Below are positions 9,488 through 20,143 of a stretch of DNA of 32,000 bases, one piece after another (positions within the stretch are counted from its first letter, which is position 1; each line of letters opens with the position of its first letter). This DNA is from Xylella taiwanensis (GTDB taxonomy: Bacteria > Pseudomonadota > Gammaproteobacteria > Xanthomonadales > Xanthomonadaceae), in NCBI RefSeq assembly GCF_013177435.1, contig NZ_CP053627.1, positions 2,520,001-2,552,000 of the forward strand. The letters run 5' to 3'. The notes under the pieces were generated by a model. It made no database searches. It was given only the letters and a program-made list of their open reading frames with translations, and was not told the origin of the DNA. The position numbers and the translations under genes are program-made.

Positions 9488-10182
9488 TCTGCCAAGTCCT
9501 GTGGCGAGATGTCGTCAACCAGATGTCCATGATCCAGGATCAGTACACGCTTACGCATCTTCTTCAGTAAAGCCACGTCATGGCTGACCACCAACACAGT
9601 AGTACCGCGTGCCGGCAGCTCTACAAACAACTGCATGATCTCTGCAGCTAACGTCGGATCGAGATTGCCGGTAGGCTCATCAGCAATCAACAAACGTGGC
9701 TGACCAATAATCGCACGAGCGATGCCGACACGCTGCTGCTCACCAGCCGACAACTCCGATGGCAACGCCCGTGCACGTTGAGCCAAGCCAATCCGCTCCA
9801 GGACTGAACACACCTGTTTAGCGATCTCCACGCGACGGATACCACGTAAAACGAGCGGCAGAGCAACATTATCACTGATACTGCGATCCATCAGCAAACG
9901 GTGCTCCTGGTACACAACACCGACCTGACGCCGATGAAATGCTATCTGGCGCCCACGTACATTCAGCAGATTTCGATCAGCGAACAACAACGCACCGCGT
10001 GTGGGACGCTCATTGAGCTGAATTAGCTTGAGCAGCGTACTCTTACCGGCCCCAGAATGACCAGTGACGAACAGCATCTCACCCTCGTTAACACTGAAGC
10101 TGACATCGTCAAGAGCAAGATGGCCATCGGCGTACTGCTTACTGACATTATCGAAACGAAGGACACTCATGTGCGCAATCAT
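9484..10182 (-). CDS. ftsE: cell-division ABC transporter ATPase FtsE
   Basis: Walker A GHSGAGKST, ABC signature LSAGEQQRV and Walker B LLIADEPTGNLD are all present. The start may be the ATG at 10170 (MSVLRF). Confidence 0.95.
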   Translation of the reverse strand: MIAHMSVLRFDNVSKQYADGHLALDDVSFSVNEGEMLFVTGHSGAGKSTLLKLIQLNERPTRGALLFADRNLLNVRGRQIAFHRRQVGVVYQEHRLLMDRSISDNVALPLVLRGIRRVEIAKQVCSVLERIGLAQRARALPSELSAGEQQRVGIARAIIGQPRLLIADEPTGNLDPTLAAEIMQLFVELPARGTTVLVVSHDVALLKKMRKRVLILDHGHLVDDISPQDLAE

Positions 10183-10243
10183 ATTTGGAGCATCGTAACA
10201 CTACGCCGTAATGCGCTTTCTGACCTTGTTACAATCTGAATTG

Positions 10244-11896
10244 TTAGATTGCATCGAACAGTGAACGGATGCGGCGCGCTATCCAACCTAACAGCGACGG
10301 TTTGCTACCTGGCTTGGCAACCACTTGAGCTGGAGCGACGGCAACATGGTTGCTGCCACCCGAACCACAGCGCCGACGACTGGGCTTATGCACCCCCTCC
10401 TGCTCCGCAGCAGATACTATCTCCGCCTTAACTGCAAGTACAGGAGCGGTTGCAACTATACTAGTCCCAGCAGCAGCCACACTGGGAGCACGCTCGGGCT
10501 CCAAACGAAATTTAGCACGGCGGCGCATACCACCTCCTCCATCCGATCTAGGCACTTCACCTACACGGGAGCGGCCATCGCGTTCTCCAAGGCTGCCTCT
10601 AGGCTTACCTCGATTACTGCTACGACGCCATTCCGGGGCAGCTAACACGTCGCTAGTATCAGGGCAAATCTTATCAATAGTATCATTCTTACCCTCAGAT
10701 GCACGTTCAAGACGCGGCACTGGGACCAGCAACTCAGTAGTCACTGCTCCGATCGGGATCTTCTGCTCAATGTATGCCTCAATGTCCGGCAGACTCATCG
10801 CGTAACGCTCGCAGGCAAAGCTAATCGCGTCACCCTCAGCCCCCAAACGCGCAGTGCGACCGATACGGTGAACGTAATCTTCAGCATCAAATGGCAGATC
10901 GTAGTTGTATACGTAATTAACACCATCAATGTGCAATCCACGTGCAGCGACGTCCGTAGCAACCAGTATCTCCAATTGTCCTTTTTGGAAACGATTGAGC
11001 AGGACTTCACGCTTCCTCTGCGGCACATCTCCGGACAGCACACCGACCCGGTAGCCAGCCTTCTCCAGCACGTGCGCCACATCCTCAACGAACGCTTTTG
11101 TATTCACAAATACCATGGTACGCATACCCTCGCTACGCGAGAGCAAGCCCAGCAACAATGGAATTTTCTCCTCTGCAGCGGGGAAATAGATACGTTGACG
11201 GATCCGCGTAGTAGTAACAGTCTCCGTCTCCACCACTAGCTTCTCTGGCTCGTTCATATACTCGTAGGCCAACTCCAATACGCGGTGACTGAGAGTTGCC
11301 GAGAACAGTAAAGTCTGGCGACTACCACGCTCCGGCATACGCCGCAATATGAAGCGAATGTCCTTGATAAAACCCAGGTCAAACATCCGATCAGCTTCAT
11401 CAAGGACACAGATCTCACAAGCGTGCAACGAAACTACCTTGTGTTGCTTAACGTAATCAATCAAGCGCCCCGGGGTCGCAATAATCACATCCACACCTTT
11501 GCGCAACAGTTCGCGTTGCTTGTCGTAGTCAACGCCTCCATAAATTAACGCGAAACGCAAGCCAAGATTGCTACCAAACTTCAGCACATCCTTATAAATT
11601 TGAATCGCAAGCTCACGTGTTGGCGCCAAAATCAACGCACGCGGATCTTCAGGTTTGCGATTGACTAACCCCGAACGACTGAGCAAACGATTAACTACCG
11701 TTACCAAAAACGCCAAAGTTTTCCCGGTACCTGTTTGAGCTTGGCCGGCGATATCACGGCCAGCTAATGCACCCGGAAGGGTTAGCGCCTGGATCGGAGT
11801 GCAGAGTGTAAATCCTGCATCTGTCAGCCCAGCGAGCAACATCGGATGCAGATCAAATGAATAAAAATTTATATTTGTCAATGATTTATCGCTCAT
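10244..11896 (-). CDS. rhlB: DEAD-box ATP-dependent RNA helicase RhlB with an Arg/Gly-rich C-terminal tail
   Basis: 550 aa. The Q-motif/N-terminus FYSFDLHP...[14 protein letters not shown] is close to E. coli RhlB. Motifs [15 protein letters not shown] and HRIGRTAR are present. It is divergent from trxA-rho, as in E. coli. Confidence 0.85.
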   Translation of the reverse strand: MSDKSLTNINFYSFDLHPMLLAGLTDAGFTLCTPIQALTLPGALAGRDIAGQAQTGTGKTLAFLVTVVNRLLSRSGLVNRKPEDPRALILAPTRELAIQIYKDVLKFGSNLGLRFALIYGGVDYDKQRELLRKGVDVIIATPGRLIDYVKQHKVVSLHACEICVLDEADRMFDLGFIKDIRFILRRMPERGSRQTLLFSATLSHRVLELAYEYMNEPEKLVVETETVTTTRIRQRIYFPAAEEKIPLLLGLLSRSEGMRTMVFVNTKAFVEDVAHVLEKAGYRVGVLSGDVPQRKREVLLNRFQKGQLEILVATDVAARGLHIDGVNYVYNYDLPFDAEDYVHRIGRTARLGAEGDAISFACERYAMSLPDIEAYIEQKIPIGAVTTELLVPVPRLERASEGKNDTIDKICPDTSDVLAAPEWRRSSNRGKPRGSLGERDGRSRVGEVPRSDGGGGMRRRAKFRLEPERAPSVAAAGTSIVATAPVLAVKAEIVSAAEQEGVHKPSRRRCGSGGSNHVAVAPAQVVAKPGSKPSLLGWIARRIRSLFDAI

Positions 11897-12003
11897 CGTT
11901 CAGTCTTCGTCTTGGATCTGGAGCGGCTCGGAGGCGGGTTGCATCGATTGCAGCAGCACCGCAAACTGAAATCTTTGTGCAAGGTGGCGGCGCTTCAGGT
12001 TGA

Positions 12004-12019
12004 GCGATTGATCAATCGC
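12004..12019. promoter_or_regulatory. perfect 16-bp palindrome in the rhlB/trxA divergent promoter region
   Basis: GCGATTGATCAATCGC is its own reverse complement. It contains GATC at the centre. It lies 75 nt upstream of the trxA start. Confidence 0.3.
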
Positions 12020-12093
12020 ACGGTATTCAAGCTTACCGTAATGTAACCATCTGTCTGACCGGCAGGTGCCTTCCCGTCCGAGGAGATAATCAA

Positions 12094-12435
12094 TTGAGCG
12101 ACTATGTTCTACATGTCAGCGATGCCGATTTCGATGCTATGGTGCTGCTATCCGAAGAACCTGTATTAGTGGATTTCTGGGCTAAATGGTGCGGTCCGTG
12201 CAAGATGATCTCCACAGTACTAGACGATTTGGCCCAAAGCTACGGAGGTAGATTAAAAGTTGCCAAAGTCGACATCGACGAGAACCGCGCACTAGCAATT
12301 AAGTATCACGTGTGCTCTGTCCCCATGCTGCTACTGTTCAAAGCTGGTCAAGTGCAGATTACCCAGATCGGGCCCGTCGGAAAGGGTCGGCTCACCCAAA
12401 TGATTGACAAAGTCCTAGCAAACACCGGGCCCTGA
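12094..12435 (+). CDS. trxA: thioredoxin 1
   Basis: 113 aa with active site WCGPCK. It aligns with E. coli TrxA from residue 1. It uses a TTG start, preceded by AGGAG at 12081-12085. Confidence 0.95.
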   Translation: MSDYVLHVSDADFDAMVLLSEEPVLVDFWAKWCGPCKMISTVLDDLAQSYGGRLKVAKVDIDENRALAIKYHVCSVPMLLLFKAGQVQITQIGPVGKGRLTQMIDKVLANTGP

Positions 12436-12642
12436 TGCCTCGCACCTCCTAATTCGGCTACCTGAATGCAGTCAAATCACTTGTATTGCCACGCTTGCTT
12501 GGCAGCACAGACAATGATAGTGTGCAGCTTATTCGGCCCCAACGCGCGCTGCCGTATTCTCAAAATTCTCAAATTACTCCCACTTCTTAAACCTGTCCGC
12601 CTTTGCAGGGCGCTCGCATCTCTTATAGCGAGGAAAATACAA

Positions 12643-14337
12643 TTGTCCGATATCACAAGTTCCGAAAGCGGGAGCGCTGCCGCACATGGCGAAAGCGAAA
12701 AGATCGTGCGTAAGATCCGCGGGAGCAAGGCCACCGTGGAAAACAGCGAACAATCTGTGACGCACCAAACCGTACAGCCGCAAGCACCAAATACAGAAGT
12801 TCCATGTGCCCATTTGGAATCAGCCTCCCCTGCCTCACAAGTACTGCCGCCAACATCTGTGAGCACCACATCTCTACAGGACAGCAGTGAACCTAGCGAA
12901 GGCTATGGGCAAAACAATCAGCGGTTCAACAACAACAACCGGCGCGACCGCTTCCGCAACCGACGCGAGCGTAATCGTGATCGCTTCCGCGAAGATAACG
13001 GTAGTAACGGTGAGGAGGGCAACCAAGAACCATTTATGCCGCGCCCGCACCCAAGCGTACCAGAGGGATTCCCAGTTTACTCTCTAAGTGATCTGAAAAA
13101 GATGCCAGCGCACAAATTGCTGGAGATCGCTGAGCAACTCAACATCCACGAGGGTGTTGCACGCGCACGCAAACAAGACGTGATCTTCGCACTTCTAAAA
13201 GTACTGACCCGTCACGGTGAAGGTGTAGTTGCTGATGGCGTGCTAGAAATTCTGCCAGACGGTTTCGGCTTTCTGCGTGCGGCCGAGGCCAGTTACTTGG
13301 CCGGCCCAGACGATACCTATATTTCCCCCAGCCAAATTCGCCGCTTCAACCTGCGCACTGGTGATCATCTGTCAGGCCGCATCCGTTTCCCGAAAGATGG
13401 TGAACGCTACTTCGCACTGTCAATCGTCGATACGATCAATGGCGAACCTCTGGAAGCCTCCAAAAATAAGATCCTTTTCGAAAATCTGACCCCGCTGTTT
13501 CCACGCAAACGCTTCCGTTTGGAACGCGCCGACGGCTCAACAGAGGATATTACTGGCCGTATCCTCGATTTGATGGCGCCACAAGGCAAAGGGCAACGTG
13601 CGCTGATTGTATCTCCGCCCAAAGCCGGTAAGACGATGCTGATGCAACAGGTAGCAACGGCGATCACGACCAATCATCCGGAAGTACATCTGATTGTATT
13701 ATTGATTGACGAACGCCCTGAAGAAGTGACAGAAATGCAGCGCACCGTTCGTGGCGAGGTTATTTCCTCAACTTTCGACGAACCAGCTGCACGCCATGTA
13801 CAAGTCGCCGAAATGGTGATAGAACGCGCAAAGCGCCTAATCGAACATAAAAAGGACGTGGTCATCCTACTTGATTCGATCACCCGTTTGGCGCGTGCCT
13901 ACAACAACGTCGTCCCCAGCTCAGGCAAGGTACTGACTGGGGGCGTAGATGCAAACGCGCTACATCGCCCCAAGCGCTTCTTCGGCGCAGCACGTAATGT
14001 CGAAGAAGGAGGCTCGCTGACGATCATCGCCACCGCACTTATCGACACTGGCAGCAAAATGGATGAAGTGATCTATGAAGAGTTCAAGGGCACCGGCAAC
14101 TGCGAGTTACATCTAAATCGCCGCATTTCCGAGAAACGTGTCTATCCGGCAATCGATATAAATCGCTCAGGTACTCGCCGCGAAGACCTGCTGATCGAAT
14201 CCGATCTACTGCAGAAAATTTGGATCCTTCGCAAGCTACTACACCCGATGGATGAGATCACAGCAATGGAGTTTGTGCTGGATAAAATGAAGAACACCAA
14301 GTCGAACGACGAGTTCTTTGGTTCGATGAAGCGCTAG
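12643..14337 (+). CDS. rho: transcription termination factor Rho with about 145-aa N/R-rich N-terminal extension
   Basis: The core from [11 protein letters not shown] to the C-terminus is near-collinear with E. coli Rho (RNP1-like GFGFLR, Walker [19 protein letters not shown] loops). The ORF is open from 12466. The preferred start is TTG at 12643, preceded by AGGAAA. Its context, AGGA(A/G)A..CAATTG + Ser-Asp, is almost identical to the trxA start. An alternative start is ATG 13036 (433 aa), which lacks a well-spaced SD. Confidence 0.85.
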   Translation: MSDITSSESGSAAAHGESEKIVRKIRGSKATVENSEQSVTHQTVQPQAPNTEVPCAHLESASPASQVLPPTSVSTTSLQDSSEPSEGYGQNNQRFNNNNRRDRFRNRRERNRDRFREDNGSNGEEGNQEPFMPRPHPSVPEGFPVYSLSDLKKMPAHKLLEIAEQLNIHEGVARARKQDVIFALLKVLTRHGEGVVADGVLEILPDGFGFLRAAEASYLAGPDDTYISPSQIRRFNLRTGDHLSGRIRFPKDGERYFALSIVDTINGEPLEASKNKILFENLTPLFPRKRFRLERADGSTEDITGRILDLMAPQGKGQRALIVSPPKAGKTMLMQQVATAITTNHPEVHLIVLLIDERPEEVTEMQRTVRGEVISSTFDEPAARHVQVAEMVIERAKRLIEHKKDVVILLDSITRLARAYNNVVPSSGKVLTGGVDANALHRPKRFFGAARNVEEGGSLTIIATALIDTGSKMDEVIYEEFKGTGNCELHLNRRISEKRVYPAIDINRSGTRREDLLIESDLLQKIWILRKLLHPMDEITAMEFVLDKMKNTKSNDEFFGSMKR

Positions 14338-15164
14338 ATATACACGCTTGTAGCCTAGCCCATAGACCTCTAAACAAACTACGTTCAACTGATATCTCGG
14401 AATCATTACACTCTCATCGAACATCTTTCCTTCAACGCATGAGTAGCTACCACGGTTCGTAACGAACTCAATCGAAAAGATCAAGCACAATCTGCATCTG
14501 CTTCTCGAACCAGTGGTAGCGGCATTACTCTTTACAATGCTGGGATCATATTCTTGTTTTGCTGTGCCCAGTCCCATAATTCTGAGCGAATTTTTTGGAA
14601 CCGTGATTTAATCAAATAGTGAATAGTGCCAAATTGAGCCGACCATTCATGGCTACACCTCCATTATTTAACAGTGCTCCATAGACCAGCTAGCTCTGGC
14701 TCAGACCCTACAAACTGAAGGCAATCCCTTCATGGAAAGTGATGCACCTCATACTAAACCTTGAATTGTAAGACTGGCTATCATGCAGTCACAAAACGAT
14801 AGTAATACTTTGATCAGCTCTCCAATCCAACAGAGCAGTTCCTACTCCACCTTCATATCTGTTTAGATTGAATTGAGCAGACAGAAATACACGCTTTCTC
14901 TAACTAGTACATTCTGTAGACTTCACTTGCGTTCCTCACGATCTGCCGCTACCAGCCCAAACTTGAGTGTTAACTTAAGTTAATGCAGATTTATACCAAG
15001 TACATACAATACTTAACCTACCCCGTTCATCACTCGCTTATTAATATCCCTTTCTGTAAATCACACCTGAGCAGAAATCCCTTCCCAAATACAGACAGAT
15101 GATGGCATTCAGTCACGAACAGACAAGACTGAACTGATAGCACTCTTCACAACCAAACACACTT

Positions 15165-15200
15165 AGGCCCGCATCTGAAGACACGGGCCTTTATTTTCTT
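15165..15200. terminator. intrinsic terminator hairpin (T-tract on + strand; lies 47-82 nt beyond the icd stop)
   Basis: AGGCCCG (15165-15171), a 12-nt loop, then CGGGCCT (15184-15190), followed by TTATTTTCTT on the + strand. On the minus strand the hairpin is followed by the weaker AAGTGTGTTTGG. It may act bidirectionally. Confidence 0.5.
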
Positions 15201-15246
15201 GCCAAAACTCATCAAGCCCCTTCCACTGCTTGGCAACCACAACCGA

Positions 15247-17550
<2,304 letters not shown>

Positions 17551-17649
17551 TCACCGGAAAGCCGATGCCGACAGAACTGCCATTGTCGCGTGTCCAACCA
17601 CTGTGAGCAAAACTCCGTCCGGTGAAGGACACACCGACACCTCAATCTC

Positions 17650-19400
17650 TCTGTCGATTCACAGCAACGACATGCTGTTCCAAAATCGCCAAGTCATGTT
17701 TACATTTTCACACACGATCCAACGCACACAAGCCAGTGAGGCAAACACAGGATCGCTACTGACACGCTTGCCGTCACGTATGAAAACTCCACGAACATGC
17801 TTGAATACGATTCAACAAACGCTCAACACTCTCCTAGCAGTTCAAAGTCCATGACAACACTGGATCGAATCGTACATCTGTATCTTCGTCCTCCAGCGTT
17901 GTCAAACAGTGGACCGACGCGATCGTTTCCACATCGCGTCCTGGTAGAGACCAACACCACGGACTGATCACAGCATCCACCACCAGAAGCCACCAATTAC
18001 CAAAGGAACCAGCTGTTTTGACGACGACGCCCTACACGATTATGGCTCACTCAAGATCTTTGGACCTGCCGCGCCATTACCATCGCCAAACACAACGCTC
18101 TACCAAACATCGTTTCAGCGTCAGAAACAAACCTGAAAAGGATAAGATGGATTTAAACGCTCACTGTTTTTTCATAAAAACGAAGTGCCTCGAACCACTC
18201 CGCACACTCAGGCAACAAACAAACAGACCTAATGTAATCAAAGTCTGACAAACGGCCAAAGATATCACGCACCATGAAGTACACCGAGAAAAATAAAAAT
18301 TTGGCAGATCAGTAGCTCACATTTACGTGCATGTTGCCTATGGCAGTATGGGTATACAGATACGCGATGAAAAACACAGGAGATTCATTTAATACCATCA
18401 CTCTCCATCAGCGGCGTATGGGAAATGCCGCTGTCACCAGCCTGCATGTGCAAACCGGTCATCCCGATAAACTCGCCGCTGGCTTTCAACTCACCACCGA
18501 TACCTCCACAGCCCCGTTCACTATCATCAGCGAACGCAACTTATCTGCGTGTTCATTGCTCTCCTACGCGGACAACACCTTGGGGAAGTAGCACATCACC
18601 ATCGGGTCTGCATTCAACCGGGCATACGCAGGTTCATTCTCATCCTCCCACTGTCGCAGGCGGCATCGTTCCGTTTCTAACATCGCTCTGAACCCATCAA
18701 TTTGCTAAGGCGGGAGATTCAGTCGGGACTTTAAGAAACCTCTGCATAAATCGGGCTTAACTTCCTCACACCACGGTGAATCAATGACTCACGATGGCAG
18801 AAATAGCTGCACGTTTCTTGATTCGGAAGTCCCCTAGACAGGCTTGAGAAAACCTGATTGAAAGCAACGGGCCCGTTGCAGCCTTGCATTGTTCAGGTAC
18901 CAAAGGATACCTGTGACCTCTTGAAGTGGAACCATACGATACAACGGACCGCTGAGAAAACGTCACTGTGAACAACTCTTGCAACGAGTCAACTGACGAC
19001 GCTACCACGCCCACTACCGACTGCATTGGGATGATCCCCAATTCTTACAGGACTGAGAGTCTTCACTGGTCATTGAAAAGCAATCCCGCCACTTCCCTTG
19101 CACCATACATCTTGTTAACTGCACCTAACATTTATGCCACAACATCCTCTCAACGCCCTCGGAATGGCAATACACCCACACCATCCGAAAAAACAGATTT
19201 CATCATTTCAATACCATTTGATGTTGGATATCGAGGAACCGCAATAACCTTTACCCAAAAAATTGAGTTTTTCATCACATTTCATTGACTATGTCGTGAA
19301 TAGTCTGTTACGGATACATGAACCGAAAGGTGACAGGCAACACGACTAACAATGCATCCACAAACATGCATCGCCCTCGATTCCACCCAGTCAACAGCAC
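17650..19400 (+). pseudogene. cas3: probable cas3 remnant (type I-C helicase-nuclease), heavily eroded and shortened
   Basis: It occupies the position immediately upstream of cas5c, as in canonical I-C operons, and no ORF exceeds 106 aa. One reading frame (18331 + 3n) carries helicase-motif ghosts in the correct order and spacing. VQTGHPDKLAA (about 18451-18483) resembles motif I PTGxGKTxAA. PFTIISERN (about 18514-18540) resembles motif Ia PFTSIIEQN. FLDSEVP-stop (18814-18837) resembles motif II (I/L)LDEVH and lies about 119 codons after motif I. The boundaries are approximate. The HD domain was not recognised. Confidence 0.5.
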
Positions 19401-19468
19401 TGATCTCAATCCGCGAAACAGGGACATAAAAAATCAGATACTCCACATATTGATATAGAGAAATAAGA

Positions 19469-20143
19469 ATGAGCTACGGCATAAAGCTCCACATCTGGGG
19501 TCCGCGGGCACTGTTCACACGCCCCGAATTCAAAGTTGAACGTTTCTCTTACGACGTCATCACTCCCTCAGCCGCACGCGGCATCTTAGAAGCGATTTAC
19601 TGGAAACCGGAAATGCGTTGGATCGTGGACGCTATCCAGATACTCAAACCGATCCGTTTCGAATCTATCCGCCGCAACGAAGTTGGCAGCAAACTCTCGG
19701 CCACCAACGCCAGTAAGGCCATGAGGGCCGGCCGCACTGACGGATTGGTCAACTATGTTGAAGAAGACCGGCAACCACGTGCGACCACCGTACTGCGGGA
19801 CGTCGGCTATGTGATTGCCGCGCATATCGCACTGACCAACAAAGCCAAATCCGATGCAAACATCGGTAAATATCTTGATATCTTCAAACGCCGCGCACGG
19901 CGTGGGCGTTGCTTCCAATCTCCCTGCCTGGGCACACGCGAATTCCCCGCTCATTTCTCGCTGATCGAAGATAACAGCTCCGCCCCTGAATCAGATTTCA
20001 CACTGATAGGCGAGCGCGATCTGGGATGGATCCTTCACGACATTGACTTCACTCACGGCATAGCACCACGTTTCTTCCGGGCACACATGATCAATGGACT
20101 GATCAAAGTACCAACACTGAGTAGTGGCGAGATACATACATGA
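19469..20143 (+). CDS. cas5c: type I-C Cas5c (Cas5d) Cascade subunit / pre-crRNA endoribonuclease
   Basis: 224 aa. WGPRALFTRPEFKVERFSYDVITPSAARGILEAIYWKP and FKRRARRGRCFQSPCLGTREFPAHF match the Cas5d family pattern. Its stop overlaps the cas8c start (ATGA at 20140-20143). Confidence 0.93.
   Translation: MSYGIKLHIWGPRALFTRPEFKVERFSYDVITPSAARGILEAIYWKPEMRWIVDAIQILKPIRFESIRRNEVGSKLSATNASKAMRAGRTDGLVNYVEEDRQPRATTVLRDVGYVIAAHIALTNKAKSDANIGKYLDIFKRRARRGRCFQSPCLGTREFPAHFSLIEDNSSAPESDFTLIGERDLGWILHDIDFTHGIAPRFFRAHMINGLIKVPTLSSGEIHT

Noticed and set aside
12466-12642. 59-codon N-terminal extension of the rho ORF starting at ATG 12466 ([16 protein letters not shown]...)
   Set aside because: It starts 30 nt after the trxA stop with no SD. 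It is Cys/Leu-rich and unlike any Rho. A TTG at 12643 has a good AGGA box and a context nearly identical to the trxA start. It is treated as the rho leader that happens to be open in frame.
14239-14577. 112-aa minus-strand ORF overlapping the 3' end of rho
   Set aside because: It overlaps the rho coding sequence and has no recognisable domain or SD. The region beyond the rho stop looks like decayed non-coding DNA.
18913-18937. GTGACCTCTTGAAGTGGAACCATAC as a third degenerate repeat, giving a 72-bp periodicity with 18865 and 19081
   Set aside because: It matches at only about 16 of 25 positions and needs a 3-nt gap. The expected intermediate copy near 19009 is absent. The spacing does not equal the 65-nt repeat-plus-spacer unit. 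Chance similarity in low-complexity sequence is likely.
18781-19041. 86-aa minus-strand ORF inside the compositionally normal island upstream of cas5c
   Set aside because: It has a TTG start without a convincing SD, G/T-skew-driven amino-acid composition (V/S/G-rich) and no recognisable family. It overlaps the cas3 motif II ghost on the other strand. It is kept only as part of the island observation.
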